From Octopus sinensis (lineage: Eukaryota), in assembly GCF_006345805.1 (NCBI RefSeq), contig NW_021836815.1:1-37321 (forward strand): a DNA stretch of 37,321 nt, given 5' to 3'. The notes below the pieces were generated by a model, which had not been told where the DNA came from, made no database searches, and saw only the letters and a list, made by a program, of their open reading frames with translations. A program made the translations under genes and the position numbers. This document shows, piece by piece, positions 1-11,725 of this stretch (the first letter of the stretch is position 1; the number at the start of each line of letters is the position of its first letter).

Positions 1-154
1 ACAATAACAAAATGACATTGAGAGAGGCCTCTGAAGTAGACACAAGATTTATGTTTGTAGTCCACGGTACACAGGTCCGTCGTAGGTCCCTTGTTGAAGT
101 TCGTGTTCCTCCCTGTCTTTGCGTTAATATTAACCTTCCCACTAAATTAAAGCT

Positions 155-545
155 TCAGTCACCGCCGCTGCTGCCGCCGTCTCCCATGCTGTCACCGCTA
201 CTACTGCTGCCACCGCCGCCGCCACTCCTACTTCCACCACTACGGTCACTGCCGTCATCACCGTCAACACCACTGTTCTCGCCATCCGATGGAACCTCTG
301 TCAACCCTCGCCACCTCCGCCACCTCCACCACCACCAACACCACCACCACCACCACCACCACCACCACACCAACACCAACAACAACAACAACGCCGTTCT
401 TCCCAACACTAACACCGCACCACCACCCTTCCCTGCCGGCACTCCGATCCTTCCCGCCACCAACGCTACCGCAGCCTCCATCGCTACCGCCGTCGCCGCC
501 ACCACCACCACCGCCACCTTCACTTCAGCACGGCCTTCTTCAGTG
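155..545. repeat. Degenerate trinucleotide low-complexity tract (CCA/ACC/GCC/AAC)
   Basis: Runs of cac/acc/gcc/aac. Open in several frames on both strands, giving poly-H/T/P/W/G translations, which is typical of stop-free triplet repeats. Confidence 0.8.
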
Positions 546-708
546 CTGTCAAAATCAAAGTAACCTCCACCATCCTTATACAAACCAGATCTCGTATAAT
601 ACAAACACCTCTCAACTAGAAAGTGTGAGTTGTTGTTTAGCCCCTGGTCAACCCTGGTAAGAATAAGGCCAATGATGGAAAGCATTTCAGCCATTCAAGC
701 TACGATCT

Positions 709-936
709 GTTTTTTTTATTACCCACAAGGGGCTAAACATAGAGGGGACAAACAAGGACAGACAAACGGATTAGATCGATTACATCGACCCCAGTGCGTA
801 ACTGGTACTTAATTTATCGACCCCGAAAGGATGAAAGGCAAAGTCGACCTCGGGGGAATTTGAACCCAGAACGTAACGGCAGACGAAATACGGCTACGCA
901 TTTCGCCCGGCGTGCTAACGTTTCTGCCAGCTCGCC
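709..936 (-). mobile_element. tRNA-derived SINE, family A monomer ending in tail T1
   Basis: Head ggcgagctggcagaaacgttagc (A box), gttcaaatt-like B box, body gtcgactttgcctttcatcctttcggggtcgat. 7-bp TSD acgatct at 702-708 and 937-943. The body resembles the Meta-SINE domain (from memory). Confidence 0.9.
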
Positions 937-998
937 ACGATCTTCCCAACTTCTTCCTCTGTATAAGAAATCTAAGCCCACATTATCAAGTGCAGTGT

Positions 999-1685
999 AA
1001 GGCGGTGAGCTGGCAGAATCGTTAGCACGCCGGGCGAAATGCTTAGCAGTATTTTCTCTGTCTTGACGTTCTGAGTTCAAATTCCGCCGAGGCCGACTTT
1101 GCCTTTCATCCTTTCGGGATCGATATATTAAGTACCAGTTACGTACTTGGGTCGATAGAATCGACTTAATCTGTTTGTCTGTCCTTGTTTGCCTCTTCTG
1201 TGTTTAGCCCCTTGTGGGTAGTAAAGAAATAGGTACTTCGTCTGCTGCTACGTTCTGAGTTCAAATTTCGCCGAGGTCGACTTTGCCTTTCATCCTTTCG
1301 GGATCGATATATTAAGTACCAGTTACGTACTTGGGTCGATAGAATCGACTTAATCTGTTTGTCTGTCCTTGTTGCCTTTCTGTGTTTAGCCCTTTGGGTA
1401 GTAAAAAGAAAGGTATTTCGTCTGCCATTACGTTCTGAGTTCAAATTTTCGCGAGGTCGACTTTGCCTTTCATCCTTTCGGGATCGATATATTAAGTACC
1501 AGTTACGTACTTGGGTCGATAGAATCGACTTAATCTGTTTGTCTGTCCTTGTTTGCCTCTTCTGTGTTTAGCCCCTTGTGGGTAGTAAAGAAATAGGTAT
1601 TTCGTCTGCCATTACGTTCTGAGTTCAAATTCCGCCGAGGTCGACTTTGCCTTTCATCCTTTCGGAGTCGATTAAATAAGTAGCA
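999..1685 (+). mobile_element. SINE family A concatemer: one head plus about 3.5 body+T1 units
   Basis: Units start (cgttctgagttcaaa) at 1067, 1251, 1431 and 1615; periods 184/180/184 bp. Only the first unit has the A-box head. Confidence 0.92.
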
Positions 1686-2119
1686 GATATGCATGCATGT
1701 ATGTATGTATGTATGTGGATATCTATGCATGTATGTATGTATGCACATTTGTGTGTGTATATTTTGATAGACAAATGTAGATAGTACATGTTAATCAATT
1801 ATAACAAAAATTCGAAAAAAAAAAAAAAAAACATGAAATGAGAGAAACGTAATAATTTCGTCTGTAAATCGAGAACAGAAGGGAAATCCTGCTATGTTAG
1901 ACATTAAGAGCAAATTTATCTAACGCGGCTTTGCTACATTAACAAAGCCAATTTTGTATGCATCAATTACTATGTCAGCGTCATGGTGTAAACACTTGGT
2001 ATTAGAGATAGACCGACGCTTCAATTTACTAAAGTCGTTGTTGGTGTTTAGCTTCAAATGAGAACTGAGAAGAGTTATAATCAAAACGTTCCGACCGTGA
2101 CCGTGGCGTCTTTTACTGG

Positions 2120-2321
2120 AACATAGTGCAGCTGGAGCAACCATGGGCAGCAGTGTTTCGAGAAGAGGGCTGTACGCCACATGAGTCATAATGAGGCGAG
2201 CCTGGTGGAGCTTTAGGTGTTTTCGATCAATAAATACACACAACGCCCGGTCTGGAAATCGAAACCGCGTTCCTCCGATCGCTAGTCCGCTACCCTAACC
2301 ACTGGGCCATTGCGCTTCCAC
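2120..2321 (-). mobile_element. tRNA-derived CORE-like SINE (family C)
   Basis: Minus strand reads gtggaagcgcaatggcccagtggttagggtagcggactagc...ggtttcgatttcc (A and B boxes). Related copy at 19971-20086. Confidence 0.75.
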
Positions 2322-2329
2322 TTTGAAAA

Positions 2330-2425
2330 ATTGTACTCGGTCTATTCGTTCGAGTAGTGTTCTCCAAGGCGGGGCCCCAGCATAGCCGCAGTCTAATGAC
2401 TGAAACAAGTATAAGTTAAAAGATA
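2330..2425 (+). mobile_element. SINE family B 3' tail fragment
   Basis: ggcggggccccagcatagccgcagtctaatgactgaaacaagta matches the tail of the 2998-3390 copy. Confidence 0.8.
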
Positions 2426-2962
2426 ACGTGTGTGTGTGTGTGTGTGTACACGTTTTGCCAGGCGTCACAGCACGAATATGACAAAGTGGGAAAATATCTA
2501 CACTATCACATTTTCCTTCTGTACACCCTTGTTACATTAACATCTTTGTATCGACATGAAGGGTATTCGTAGACTTGCAACAAGACATAAATAAATAAAG
2601 AAAATAAATAGATAAATTACAACATACAATAAAAATGCGTAATTAGCCAGATAACGAGCATCCGGGTAGTTTGCATCAGATGTTTTTAGCTTTTGGCGGT
2701 CATACTTCTGTTATACTGAACGCAATCCCTCCAGACAACACTGACATTATTACTGGCAGGGAAGCAGGCGTCTTTCTCGGGTAGGTTGATGTGTATTGTC
2801 AGATGCCTTACACAAGGCTAGGGTGCGGCTAATGAGAGGTCATTCTCTGATTTACCGGGTCATTAGACACAGAAGTCCTTCGCTCCACCCAGTATACCGG
2901 CCGCTGTTGTTACGCCTCTTTAACTCATCTGCTAATCTATATGCACATAGAGCGCACACGTA

Positions 2963-2997
<35 letters not shown>

Positions 2998-3390
2998 GGC
3001 GCAGGAGTGGCTGTGTGGTAAGTAGCTTGCTAACCAGCCACATGGTTCCGGATTCAGTTCCACTGCGTGGCATCTTGGGCAAGTGTCTTCTGCTATAGCC
3101 CCGGGCCGACCAATGCCTTGTGAGTGGATTTGGTAGACGGAAACTGAAAGAAGCCTGTCGTATATATATGTATATATATGTGTTTGTGTTTGTGTTTGTC
3201 CCCCTAGCATTGCTTGACAACCGATGCTGGTGTGTTTACGTCCCCGTCACTTAGCGGTTCGGCAAAAGAGACCGATAGAATAAGTACTGGGCTTACAAAG
3301 AATAAGTCCCGGAGTCGATTTGCTCGACTAAAGGCGGTGCTCCAGCATGGCCGCAGTCAAATGACTGAAACAAGTAAAAGAGTAAAAGAG
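2998..3390 (+). mobile_element. Full-length SINE family B (tRNA head, CORE-like block, internal (TA)n(TG)n, tail atgactgaaacaagtaaaagag)
   Basis: A box tggctgtgtggtaag, B box ggattcagttcc, cttgggcaagtgtctt block. Highly similar to 5910-6310 and 15385-15811. Flanked by (TA)n. Confidence 0.9.
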
Positions 3391-3499
3391 TATATATACA
3401 TACACACACATACGTTTGTAGGCATACTCAGCTATTGACTTATTGGAGTTTCATCACTTTATTGAAACAGCAAATATATACGTTCATATAATTTGTCAT

Positions 3500-3610
3500 T
3501 ATTTGTTTTAATCATTAGACTGTTGCCATGCTGGGGCATCGCCTTGAAATGTTTTAGTCAAAAGAATCGACCCCAGTAATTTTTCTTTAAGCCCGATATT
3601 TATTCTATTC
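3500..3610 (-). mobile_element. SINE family B diverged 3' fragment
   Basis: aatcattagactgttgccatgctggggcatcgcc is the reverse complement of the family B tail. Confidence 0.7.
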
Positions 3611-3611
3611 T

Positions 3612-4012
3612 TTTCCACTATAGGCACAAGGCCCGAAATTTTGCGGGATGGGGGCCAGTCGATTAGATCGACCCCAGTACACAACTGGTACTTAATTTAT
3701 CGACCTCTGAAAGGATGACAGGCAAAGTCGACCTCGGCGGAATTTGAACTCAGAACGTAAAGAGAGACGAAATACCTATTTCTTTATTACCCACAAGGGG
3801 CTAAACAGAGAGGGGACAAACAAGGACAGACATAGGTATTAAGTCGATTCTATCGACCCCAGTGCGTAACTGGTACTTAATTTATCGACCCCGAAAGGAT
3901 AAAAGGCAAAGTCGACCTCGGCGGAATTTGAACTCACACCGTAACGCAGACGAAATACCGCTAAGCATTTCGTCCGACGTGCTAACATTGCTACAAGCTC
4001 ACCGTCTTAGAA
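3612..4012 (-). mobile_element. SINE family A dimer: head-body-T1-body-T2
   Basis: Two bodies joined at gacgaaatacctatttcttta (about 3766-3786). The distal unit ends in the alternative tail aaatttcgggccttgtgcctatagtggaaaag. Confidence 0.88.
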
Positions 4013-4082
4013 TCCCGTGTATTCAATCATGGCCTTATATTATCTGTAATTTCTCTTCTCCAGCCCTCCTACACACACACAC

Positions 4083-4118
<36 letters not shown>

Positions 4119-4650
4119 AACACTAACACACTTAAACACATGTATGCAGGTGTGCATACACACTTTAACATGCAATTCACACGAACAATACAATCAGGCG
4201 TGACCAAATATGTATAAACTCGAAGTTTCGTACATATTCTATACAATATTTTTGTTATACATATAATGCCGCGTCCACAACCACCAGCTCTTTGTCTTGC
4301 ATCCTGCCCTTGCAAATATCGAGCGCGTGTTCTCGGCCTTTACAAATCTTTTGTTCAGCCGGAGGCTTTTCCTTCAGATAACCACTTACATTTGTCTGTT
4401 CCAATTTTCTTAGTTACACACGTCATACTGAGATTCCCGCACCATTTATATACACGCATATACACTCTCATATTTACTTATTTATTTAACTATTTATTTG
4501 TGTATAAGTAGGTGCATATCTGAGGACATCACTTACACTAGGCATCCCATGGCCATCTACACAATACGCTTTTGTTTGCATCTGTAGTGACAAATACAAA
4601 GACGCAAGCATATTCATTGATATGCACACACATTATACGCATGTGTTCAT

Positions 4651-4651
<1 letters not shown>

Positions 4652-4683
<32 letters not shown>

Positions 4684-4728
4684 CATCTATCTATCTATCT
4701 ATCTATCTATCCATCTACATATCTATCC

Positions 4729-4793
<65 letters not shown>

Positions 4794-4795
4794 CA

Positions 4796-4845
<50 letters not shown>

Positions 4846-4846
4846 A

Positions 4847-4885
<39 letters not shown>

Positions 4886-4896
4886 CATATCTATCC

Positions 4897-4963
<67 letters not shown>

Positions 4964-4989
4964 CTCCATCCATCCATCTATCTATCTAT

Positions 4990-5069
<80 letters not shown>

Positions 5070-5070
5070 C
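4652..5070. repeat. (TATC)n microsatellite, about 420 bp
   Basis: Direct reading, with sporadic tcca/taca variants. Confidence 0.98.
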
Positions 5071-5107
5071 CGTATATCTGTCTACCTGTCTATCGTCTAT
5101 CCATCTT

Positions 5108-5141
<34 letters not shown>

Positions 5142-5212
5142 GGAGTAAACACATAAATGTGAAACAAGGTGGAAAAAAGAGTACTCAAATACCAGGGGTA
5201 GAGTAATTTTTT

Positions 5213-5265
5213 AACAAAACTGTCCGACGAACGGGAGAGTGAAACTCCGAGTAACAGGTTTTGTT
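5213..5265 (+). ncRNA. Candidate minimal type I hammerhead ribozyme (U4C core variant), probably a Penelope-like element remnant
   Basis: Stem I ctgt 5220-5223 / acag 5254-5257, extended by aacaaaa / ttttgtt. Core CCGACGA 5224-5230. Stem II ac/gt. GAAA 5241-5244. Stem III ACT-ccg-AGT. GUA triplet. Confidence 0.6.
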
Positions 5266-5578
5266 GAATTTCTGCTGCATTTAAATAAAGGATATATATA
5301 TATATATTCATGCATAAATACCTTTATGTAAGCACTCGTATATAAGAAGCACGCAAGGCATATGTGCGTTTGTGTGTTTCTGTATGTGTGTGTGTATTCT
5401 GCATGCGAGGTTGTATCAATGTATTAGCACCGTTAATTTTGCTCAAGGTGGCTGACGAAGAAAGATGCATGTTGGGATTGCAGGACCAGGGCCTTTAAAT
5501 ATCCTAACTTTGTGATATTATGCCTCTGATTACATCAGTTGGAATGAGTCCCTTTCGGGAGTAAGCTCTTTGTACATA

Positions 5579-5624
<46 letters not shown>

Positions 5625-5653
5625 CACATGCATATAGGGGTACAGGACGTCAA

Positions 5654-5895
5654 AAAACGTAAACAACATGAAATACGAAAACATGGAAAACGAAAACAGG
5701 GAAAACGAACTTTTCTTCGAACAACGAAAGAAACAAATAGAAAAACAGTGCGAAGTCGATAAAACAATGGACAACTGATGAAGGAATTGTTCTTTATGTT
5801 GACTGTCTTGTTTTTCTATTTGTTTCTTTTGTTTTTCGCAAAAACAGTGCGTTTTCCATGTTTTCTTATTTTCGTATTTCATGTTCTCGTTTTTT
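5654..5895. repeat. Imperfect foldback (palindromic) element
   Basis: Perfect inverted arms aacatgaaatacgaaaa (5665-5681 / 5869-5885) and a 21-bp pair (5727-5747 / 5809-5829). CTGATGA lies near the centre at 5775-5781. Confidence 0.85.
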
Positions 5896-5909
5896 CATAT
5901 ATATATATA

Positions 5910-6310
5910 CTCTTCTTATACTTGTTTCAGTCATTTGAACGCGGCCATGCTGGAGCACCACCTTTAGTCGAGCAAATCGATCCAAGGACTGATTCTTTGT
6001 AAGCCTAGTACTTACTCTATCGGTCTCTATTGCCGAGCCGCTAAGTTACGGTGACGTAAACACAACAGAATCGATTGTCAAGCGATGTTAGGAGGACAAA
6101 CACAGACACACAAACACACACACATATATAAAAATATACATATATACGATGAGCTTCTTCCAGTTTCCGTCTACCAAATCCACTCACAAAGCTTTGGTCG
6201 GCCCGAGGCTAGAGTAGAAGACACTTGCCCAAGTTGCCACGCAGTGGGACTGAACCCGAAACGATGTGGTTGGTTAGCAAGCTACTTACCACACAGCCAC
6301 TCCTGCGCCT
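5910..6310 (-). mobile_element. Full-length SINE family B
   Basis: Reverse complement of the 2998-3390 structure, including the internal microsatellite. Flanked by (TA)n. Confidence 0.9.
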
Positions 6311-6362
6311 ATATATATATATATATAATATATATATATATAATAATAATTTATCTATAATG

Positions 6363-6393
<31 letters not shown>

Positions 6394-7281
6394 TGTGTGG
6401 TGTGTGGTGTGTGTGTGCGCGCGTGTGTGTGTGTTTTCTCTATAAGTTTTGTATCTGCTGGAATCGAGATAGAAAATATAGCATGCTAATGACGTCTTTT
6501 GGGGGAAGAAACCGCTAACCTCTTGTCCCAAGAATAGAAAAGAATCTCTCTTTTCCTTAGGCCATGTGAACTCCAGAGGATACTTTTTTCTTGATATCAA
6601 TTTCCTGTTCTCGTTTTGTATCTTTAGCATCTTGCACCTTGCGTTTCTTTACAGAGAAATTTAATAATCAAGGAATTATGTTGTGAGGTATTTAATATAC
6701 CTTCATTCGTCTTTGTCGAAATTTGTACAAATGACCCCCTCATCTGAGTTATTTACCTTAGCCCCTCTCTAGCTCCAAGCAGACACGCATGCCTTGCGCT
6801 TGCACAGACACAAACACACACACACACAAGTATGCGTATGTATGAATGCACGAATGTATAAATATAGTTGTTCTATGGATATGTGTGTATGTGTCTATAT
6901 ATATATATATATATATAAGATAGATAGATAGATACATGTATACATACGTACATATATATAGATACATATATATACATATATACATACATGCATACATACG
7001 TAGTACATACGTACATACTTGCATACATACACGCGCATACACACACGCACGCACACACATGTATACATACAGAGAGAAAGAGAGAAGGAAAGAAAGAAAG
7101 AAAGAAAGAAGGAAGGAAAGAACACGAGAGAATACGACAAAGATAGGTGTGCGTGTGTCTGTCTGTATGTGTGTGTATGTGTGCCTACGTAAACGCGTGC
7201 GTACGGAAATGCGTGCGTGAATTCGCATGTATATCCGTCAAAGTAACTCGTTCGCATTTCGTCTTTGGGACAACATCATCC

Positions 7282-7283
<2 letters not shown>

Positions 7284-7342
<59 letters not shown>
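7284..7342. repeat. (CT)n microsatellite
   Basis: Direct reading. Confidence 0.98.
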
Positions 7343-7364
<22 letters not shown>

Positions 7365-8571
7365 AACTATTTGCCCTCAAGCTTATCAATCAGTAATAGA
7401 AAAGGAGACAAAAGTGTAAACGAACGTAAGGTTTGGTATTGAGAAGTGGGGTAGAAATCAAGAATTCCGAATAAGGGATGGGAAAAAATTGTGGCGATTA
7501 TTATACAGAATCATTACCGCTTGTTATAGTGCCACTAGAGTTGTTAGCCATGGGTCACCGTTGTAGAGAAGGTGGCACTTTAGTTGATATGTCGTACGGA
7601 TTGCTGATGGTAATAGTGGCGTGGTAGCTTGATTGTTAGGGCGTAGCCAGACAAAGCTATTAGCCGTGCTGGTGATGGCGGTATTGTGTGATGGTAAAGA
7701 AGGACAGAGAACGGAGATGGTGTGATTATAGTGTGACACAGCTGTATTTTGTTGCTCTTAGTGTTGGTATTGTTGGAGCTCATCGATGGGAATGATGGCG
7801 GCAGTGTAATTAAAGGTTGGCAGCGATGGTGGTGATGTTATGATAGACTGTGCATGGCGTGGTGTTGTTGGTGGTCGGGGTAAGGATGGAGATGGAAATT
7901 TCACGATGGAGATTAAAGTGGTTAGAAGGTATGGGAAGAAGCAAAAGGAATAGATTGAAAAGAATTGTTGGAACTAATTATAAAATGGGGGTTGTTTGGG
8001 AGATGTGAGGAGTGAGGAGCGAGGAGAGAAAAAGAGATGCGGTTGTGGGTTGTGACGGAAGCATGGTCAAATGTGTGTGATTGAGAAAGAGATATATAGA
8101 TAGCGAAGGGAAAATGGAGAGCTGACGATATGAATTGAAGGAGAGATATGTGAAACGTAAGCGAGGAGAGAAATGGGTAAGAAAAAGAGGCTGAGAGAGA
8201 GAGAGAGACAGACAGACAGAGACTGGGAGAGATAGATTGAGAGACAGACAGACAGACAGATAATGAGACAGAGAGAGGCAAGGAATGATAGAGAGTATTG
8301 GTGTGAGAGGAATGGATAGGAATGGAAGAGAAGTTAAGATAAGTAGGAGCAGAGACGGGAAAGACGGAAAGAGAAGGAAAATGTTTCTTCAATCGTATTA
8401 TGTTGGTAGCTAAATAGACTCATCCTGGAAAATATGTATGTAATGCGTGTATGTTTACACCACACACAAACACACACACACACACACACACAACAGACAT
8501 ACACCCACACACAAGTATGCGTATGTGCATGTGTGAGTGCACGTTCGTATATCTGCATAAATATTTGCAAA

Positions 8572-8623
<52 letters not shown>

Positions 8624-9440
8624 GTGTGTGTGTGTGTGTATTAATAAATATTATAACACGCATGTTTTATATATATGTGTGCGTTTTTAAGCATACACAC
8701 ACACACGCATATATATATATATGTGCGTAGGTGTTTGGTGGTATGTGTGTATAGTGCTGTGTGTATATGTGTGTGGCTTGCTGTGTGTGTACGTGTGTTA
8801 TTATATAAGTAGTTTTAAATATATTGTATAGTCATACAGCCTTTTAGCAATCACCGATTAAGTATCCGTCATCTCCACGGACACACACATACACACAAAC
8901 ACACACGCAACGCACGCACACGCATATATACATAAATACACAGAAACATACACACATGCATACATATTCACATAAGATGTAGTTACTCCTCATCGTCTAT
9001 AATATACATTTACGCATTCTTGTTAACATAATGATTATTTCTTGTTACACATATATACAAACACACACACACACACACACCACACACACACACACACACA
9101 CATACACACAAACATACACGCAGACACAACGACGACAAACACACACACACACACACACAAACACACAAACACACACACTAAATTACATACACGCGAGCGC
9201 CACAACTAACGAAATCTTTTCAAGACAAACCGTACTTTCCTCGCCACCGCAACAATGGCTTCTCTCTAAGTGGACGTCAATGAACAGTGAGACATCGGGT
9301 GGTCTCAATCTACACCCGACTCATTCATTACATTTGCTGTTAAGGTGGACTTCCATTTCGTTTTCCATTTCTTTTTCCTTTTATGCTATCATCTGCGGCC
9401 ATGTTGTCCATTATTTGTTTTCCTCCTACCACCCTACATA

Positions 9441-10548
9441 TTTTTTTTCAAACATTATTTACACATTCTCTTCATGCCAGCCGCCATTTTCCCCTCTCTA
9501 CTTATGAAGAACAATCTCTCTTTCTCTTTAGTACATAGTATTTTTCTCCCTGTCTCCCTGTCCACCTCTCTCTCTCTCTCTATTATTATATATATTGAAT
9601 TATACTTCCAAAACATACGCACGGGTGTATACAAATGACTGCCTGTATATGAAGTAAAATTTTTTTCAGACATTATTTACACATTCTGTTCATGCTCGCC
9701 GCCATCTTTCCCTTTCTACTTATGAAGAACAATCTCTCTTTCTCTTTAGTACATAGTATTTTTCTCCCCGTCCTCCTGTCCGCCTCTCTCTCTCTATTAT
9801 TCTACATATTGAATTATACTTCCAAAACATACGTACGGGTGTATATAAGTGACTGTTTGCCTGTATATAAACGAAAATTTTTTTCAGACATTATTTACAC
9901 ATTCTGTTTATGCCAGCCGCCATCTTTCCCTCTCTACTTATGAAGAACAATCTCTCTTTCTCTTTTGTACATAGTACTTTTCTCTCTGTCTCCCTGTCCG
10001 CCTCTCTCTCTCTCCTCTCTCTCTCTCTCTATTATTATATATATTGAATTATACTTCCAAAACATACGTACGGGTGTATATAAGTGACTGTTTGCCTGTA
10101 TATGAACGAAAAATTTTTTCAGACATTATTTACACATGCTGTTCATGCCAGCCGCCATTTCCCCCTCTCTACTTATGAAGAACAATCTCTCTTTCTCTTT
10201 AGTACATAGTATTTTTCTCTCTGTCCCCCTGTCCGCCTCTCTCTCTCTCTCTTATTATAAATTGAATTATACATCCAAAACATACGTACGGGTGTATATA
10301 AGTGACTGTTTGCCTGTATATGAACGAAAAAATTTTTCAGACATTATTTACACATTCTGTTCATACCCGCCGCCATCTTTCCCTCTCTACTTATGAAGAA
10401 CAATCTCTCTTTCTCTTTAGTACATAGTACCTTTTTCTCCGTCTCCCTGTCCGCCTCTCTCTCTCTATTACTATATATATTGAATTATACATCCAAAACA
10501 TACGTACGGGTGTATATAAGTGACTGTTTGCCTGTATATGAGCGAAAG
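9441..10548. repeat. Tandem repeat, 5 copies of a 218-bp unit (one 235 bp)
   Basis: acattatttacaca recurs at 9452, 9670, 9888, 10123 and 10341. Length variation lies in an internal (CT)n. Confidence 0.95.
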
Positions 10549-11456
10549 AATGTAAAATGTGTGAATGTATTATTTTTACTTCTATATAATTCCCTTTGCT
10601 CCTGATATTCTCTGCTCTTATATTTTCTTCGTCCTTTCCATCATTTCTTCTTTCTGTCTTTCCTTTCTCTTTATATTCTTCCCAATCTTTATTCCATCTC
10701 ATTATTTGTTTTTCTCTTCAGCCGAATTATTATTCTATATCTAATTCTCTCATTTTGTTTCTCTCTATCTTTCTCTTCCTGTCTGTCTGTCTATCTATCT
10801 GTCTGTCTCTCTCTTCTCTCTCCCCCTCTCTCTTCCCTCTCTCTCTCACTCATCGTCTCCCTCCCACTCTCTCTGTCTCTCTTTCTCTTTGAATAGTTTT
10901 GTGAGTGATTGAGTTCTAGAGTGAATGTTTGTGAGTGAATGCGCCTGTGTGTATATGAGAGTGTGTATGCGTGTGAATGTGTGTGTGTTTGTGTGTTTGT
11001 GTGTTTGTGTATGCGTGTGTTTGAGAGAGAGAAAGAAAGAGAGATTATGTGTGTGTATGTGCGTGTATGTGTACGATCCCAAGTGGGTTTCATTTTAGCC
11101 AACGGTCGATTCAGGCTCAGTGAGTGAAACTGGACAGACGATGCGTGCGTGTGTTTGTGTGTGTGTGTTTATGCGCGTGCGAATGATAAATGCTTTGATG
11201 CTGTTAACAACCACCTCTACATTTTTTTTCATGTTATACTTCCATTGCCATATATTTTATATGGCCAACTCTCGTTTGCCTCGACTGCATTGTTTGGCGT
11301 TGGATTTTAAGTTCTTTGATCTGTTATGGTTTGAACACTAATCTCCCGGTATCGGTCGTATACCTTTTGACATGTACTTCCCCATTAAATATACATAGAT
11401 ACATAATACATGTTTGTGCTTATGCACCAATATATACATACATGCACACAAACACG

Positions 11457-11490
<34 letters not shown>

Positions 11491-11510
11491 CATAGAATAT
11501 ATATATTTAT

Positions 11511-11551
<41 letters not shown>

Positions 11552-11693
11552 GTAAGAAGAAAGGAGGTGAAGAATTTCGATTATCCCCACATCGTGTGTC
11601 GTAATGCAAATATATATATATGTAATATATAAAACAAAAGAAAGAAAACGCACATAGTTTTAATGTATTTTATAAGTGAAAGAATATTGTGTT

Positions 11694-11725
11694 TGTCGAC
11701 CGGTTTCGCTTCGCTAATCATGACA
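11694..11725 (-). ncRNA. Candidate minimal type I hammerhead ribozyme with A3-U8 core
   Basis: Minus strand reads TGTC ATGATTA GC-GAA-GC GAA ACCGGT C GACA: 4-bp stem I, 2-bp stem II, palindromic stem III, GUC triplet. Confidence 0.5.

Noticed and set aside
12-694. ORFs of 183, 179 and 123 aa with poly-His/Pro/Thr/Trp tracts
   Set aside because: They overlap on both strands because triplet repeats lack stops. No recognisable domain and no convincing splice structure. A low-complexity exon cannot be fully excluded without RNA-seq.
6655-6687. Possible 33-nt plus-strand micro-exon (tttctttacag|...GAG|gtattt; RNLIIKELCCE)
   Set aside because: Splice-like signals alone are common in AT-rich DNA; no homology or neighbouring exons.
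8122-8165. CTGACGA...GAAACGTA in the purine-rich tract
   Set aside because: No stem I or stem II pairing; a chance match in GA-rich sequence.
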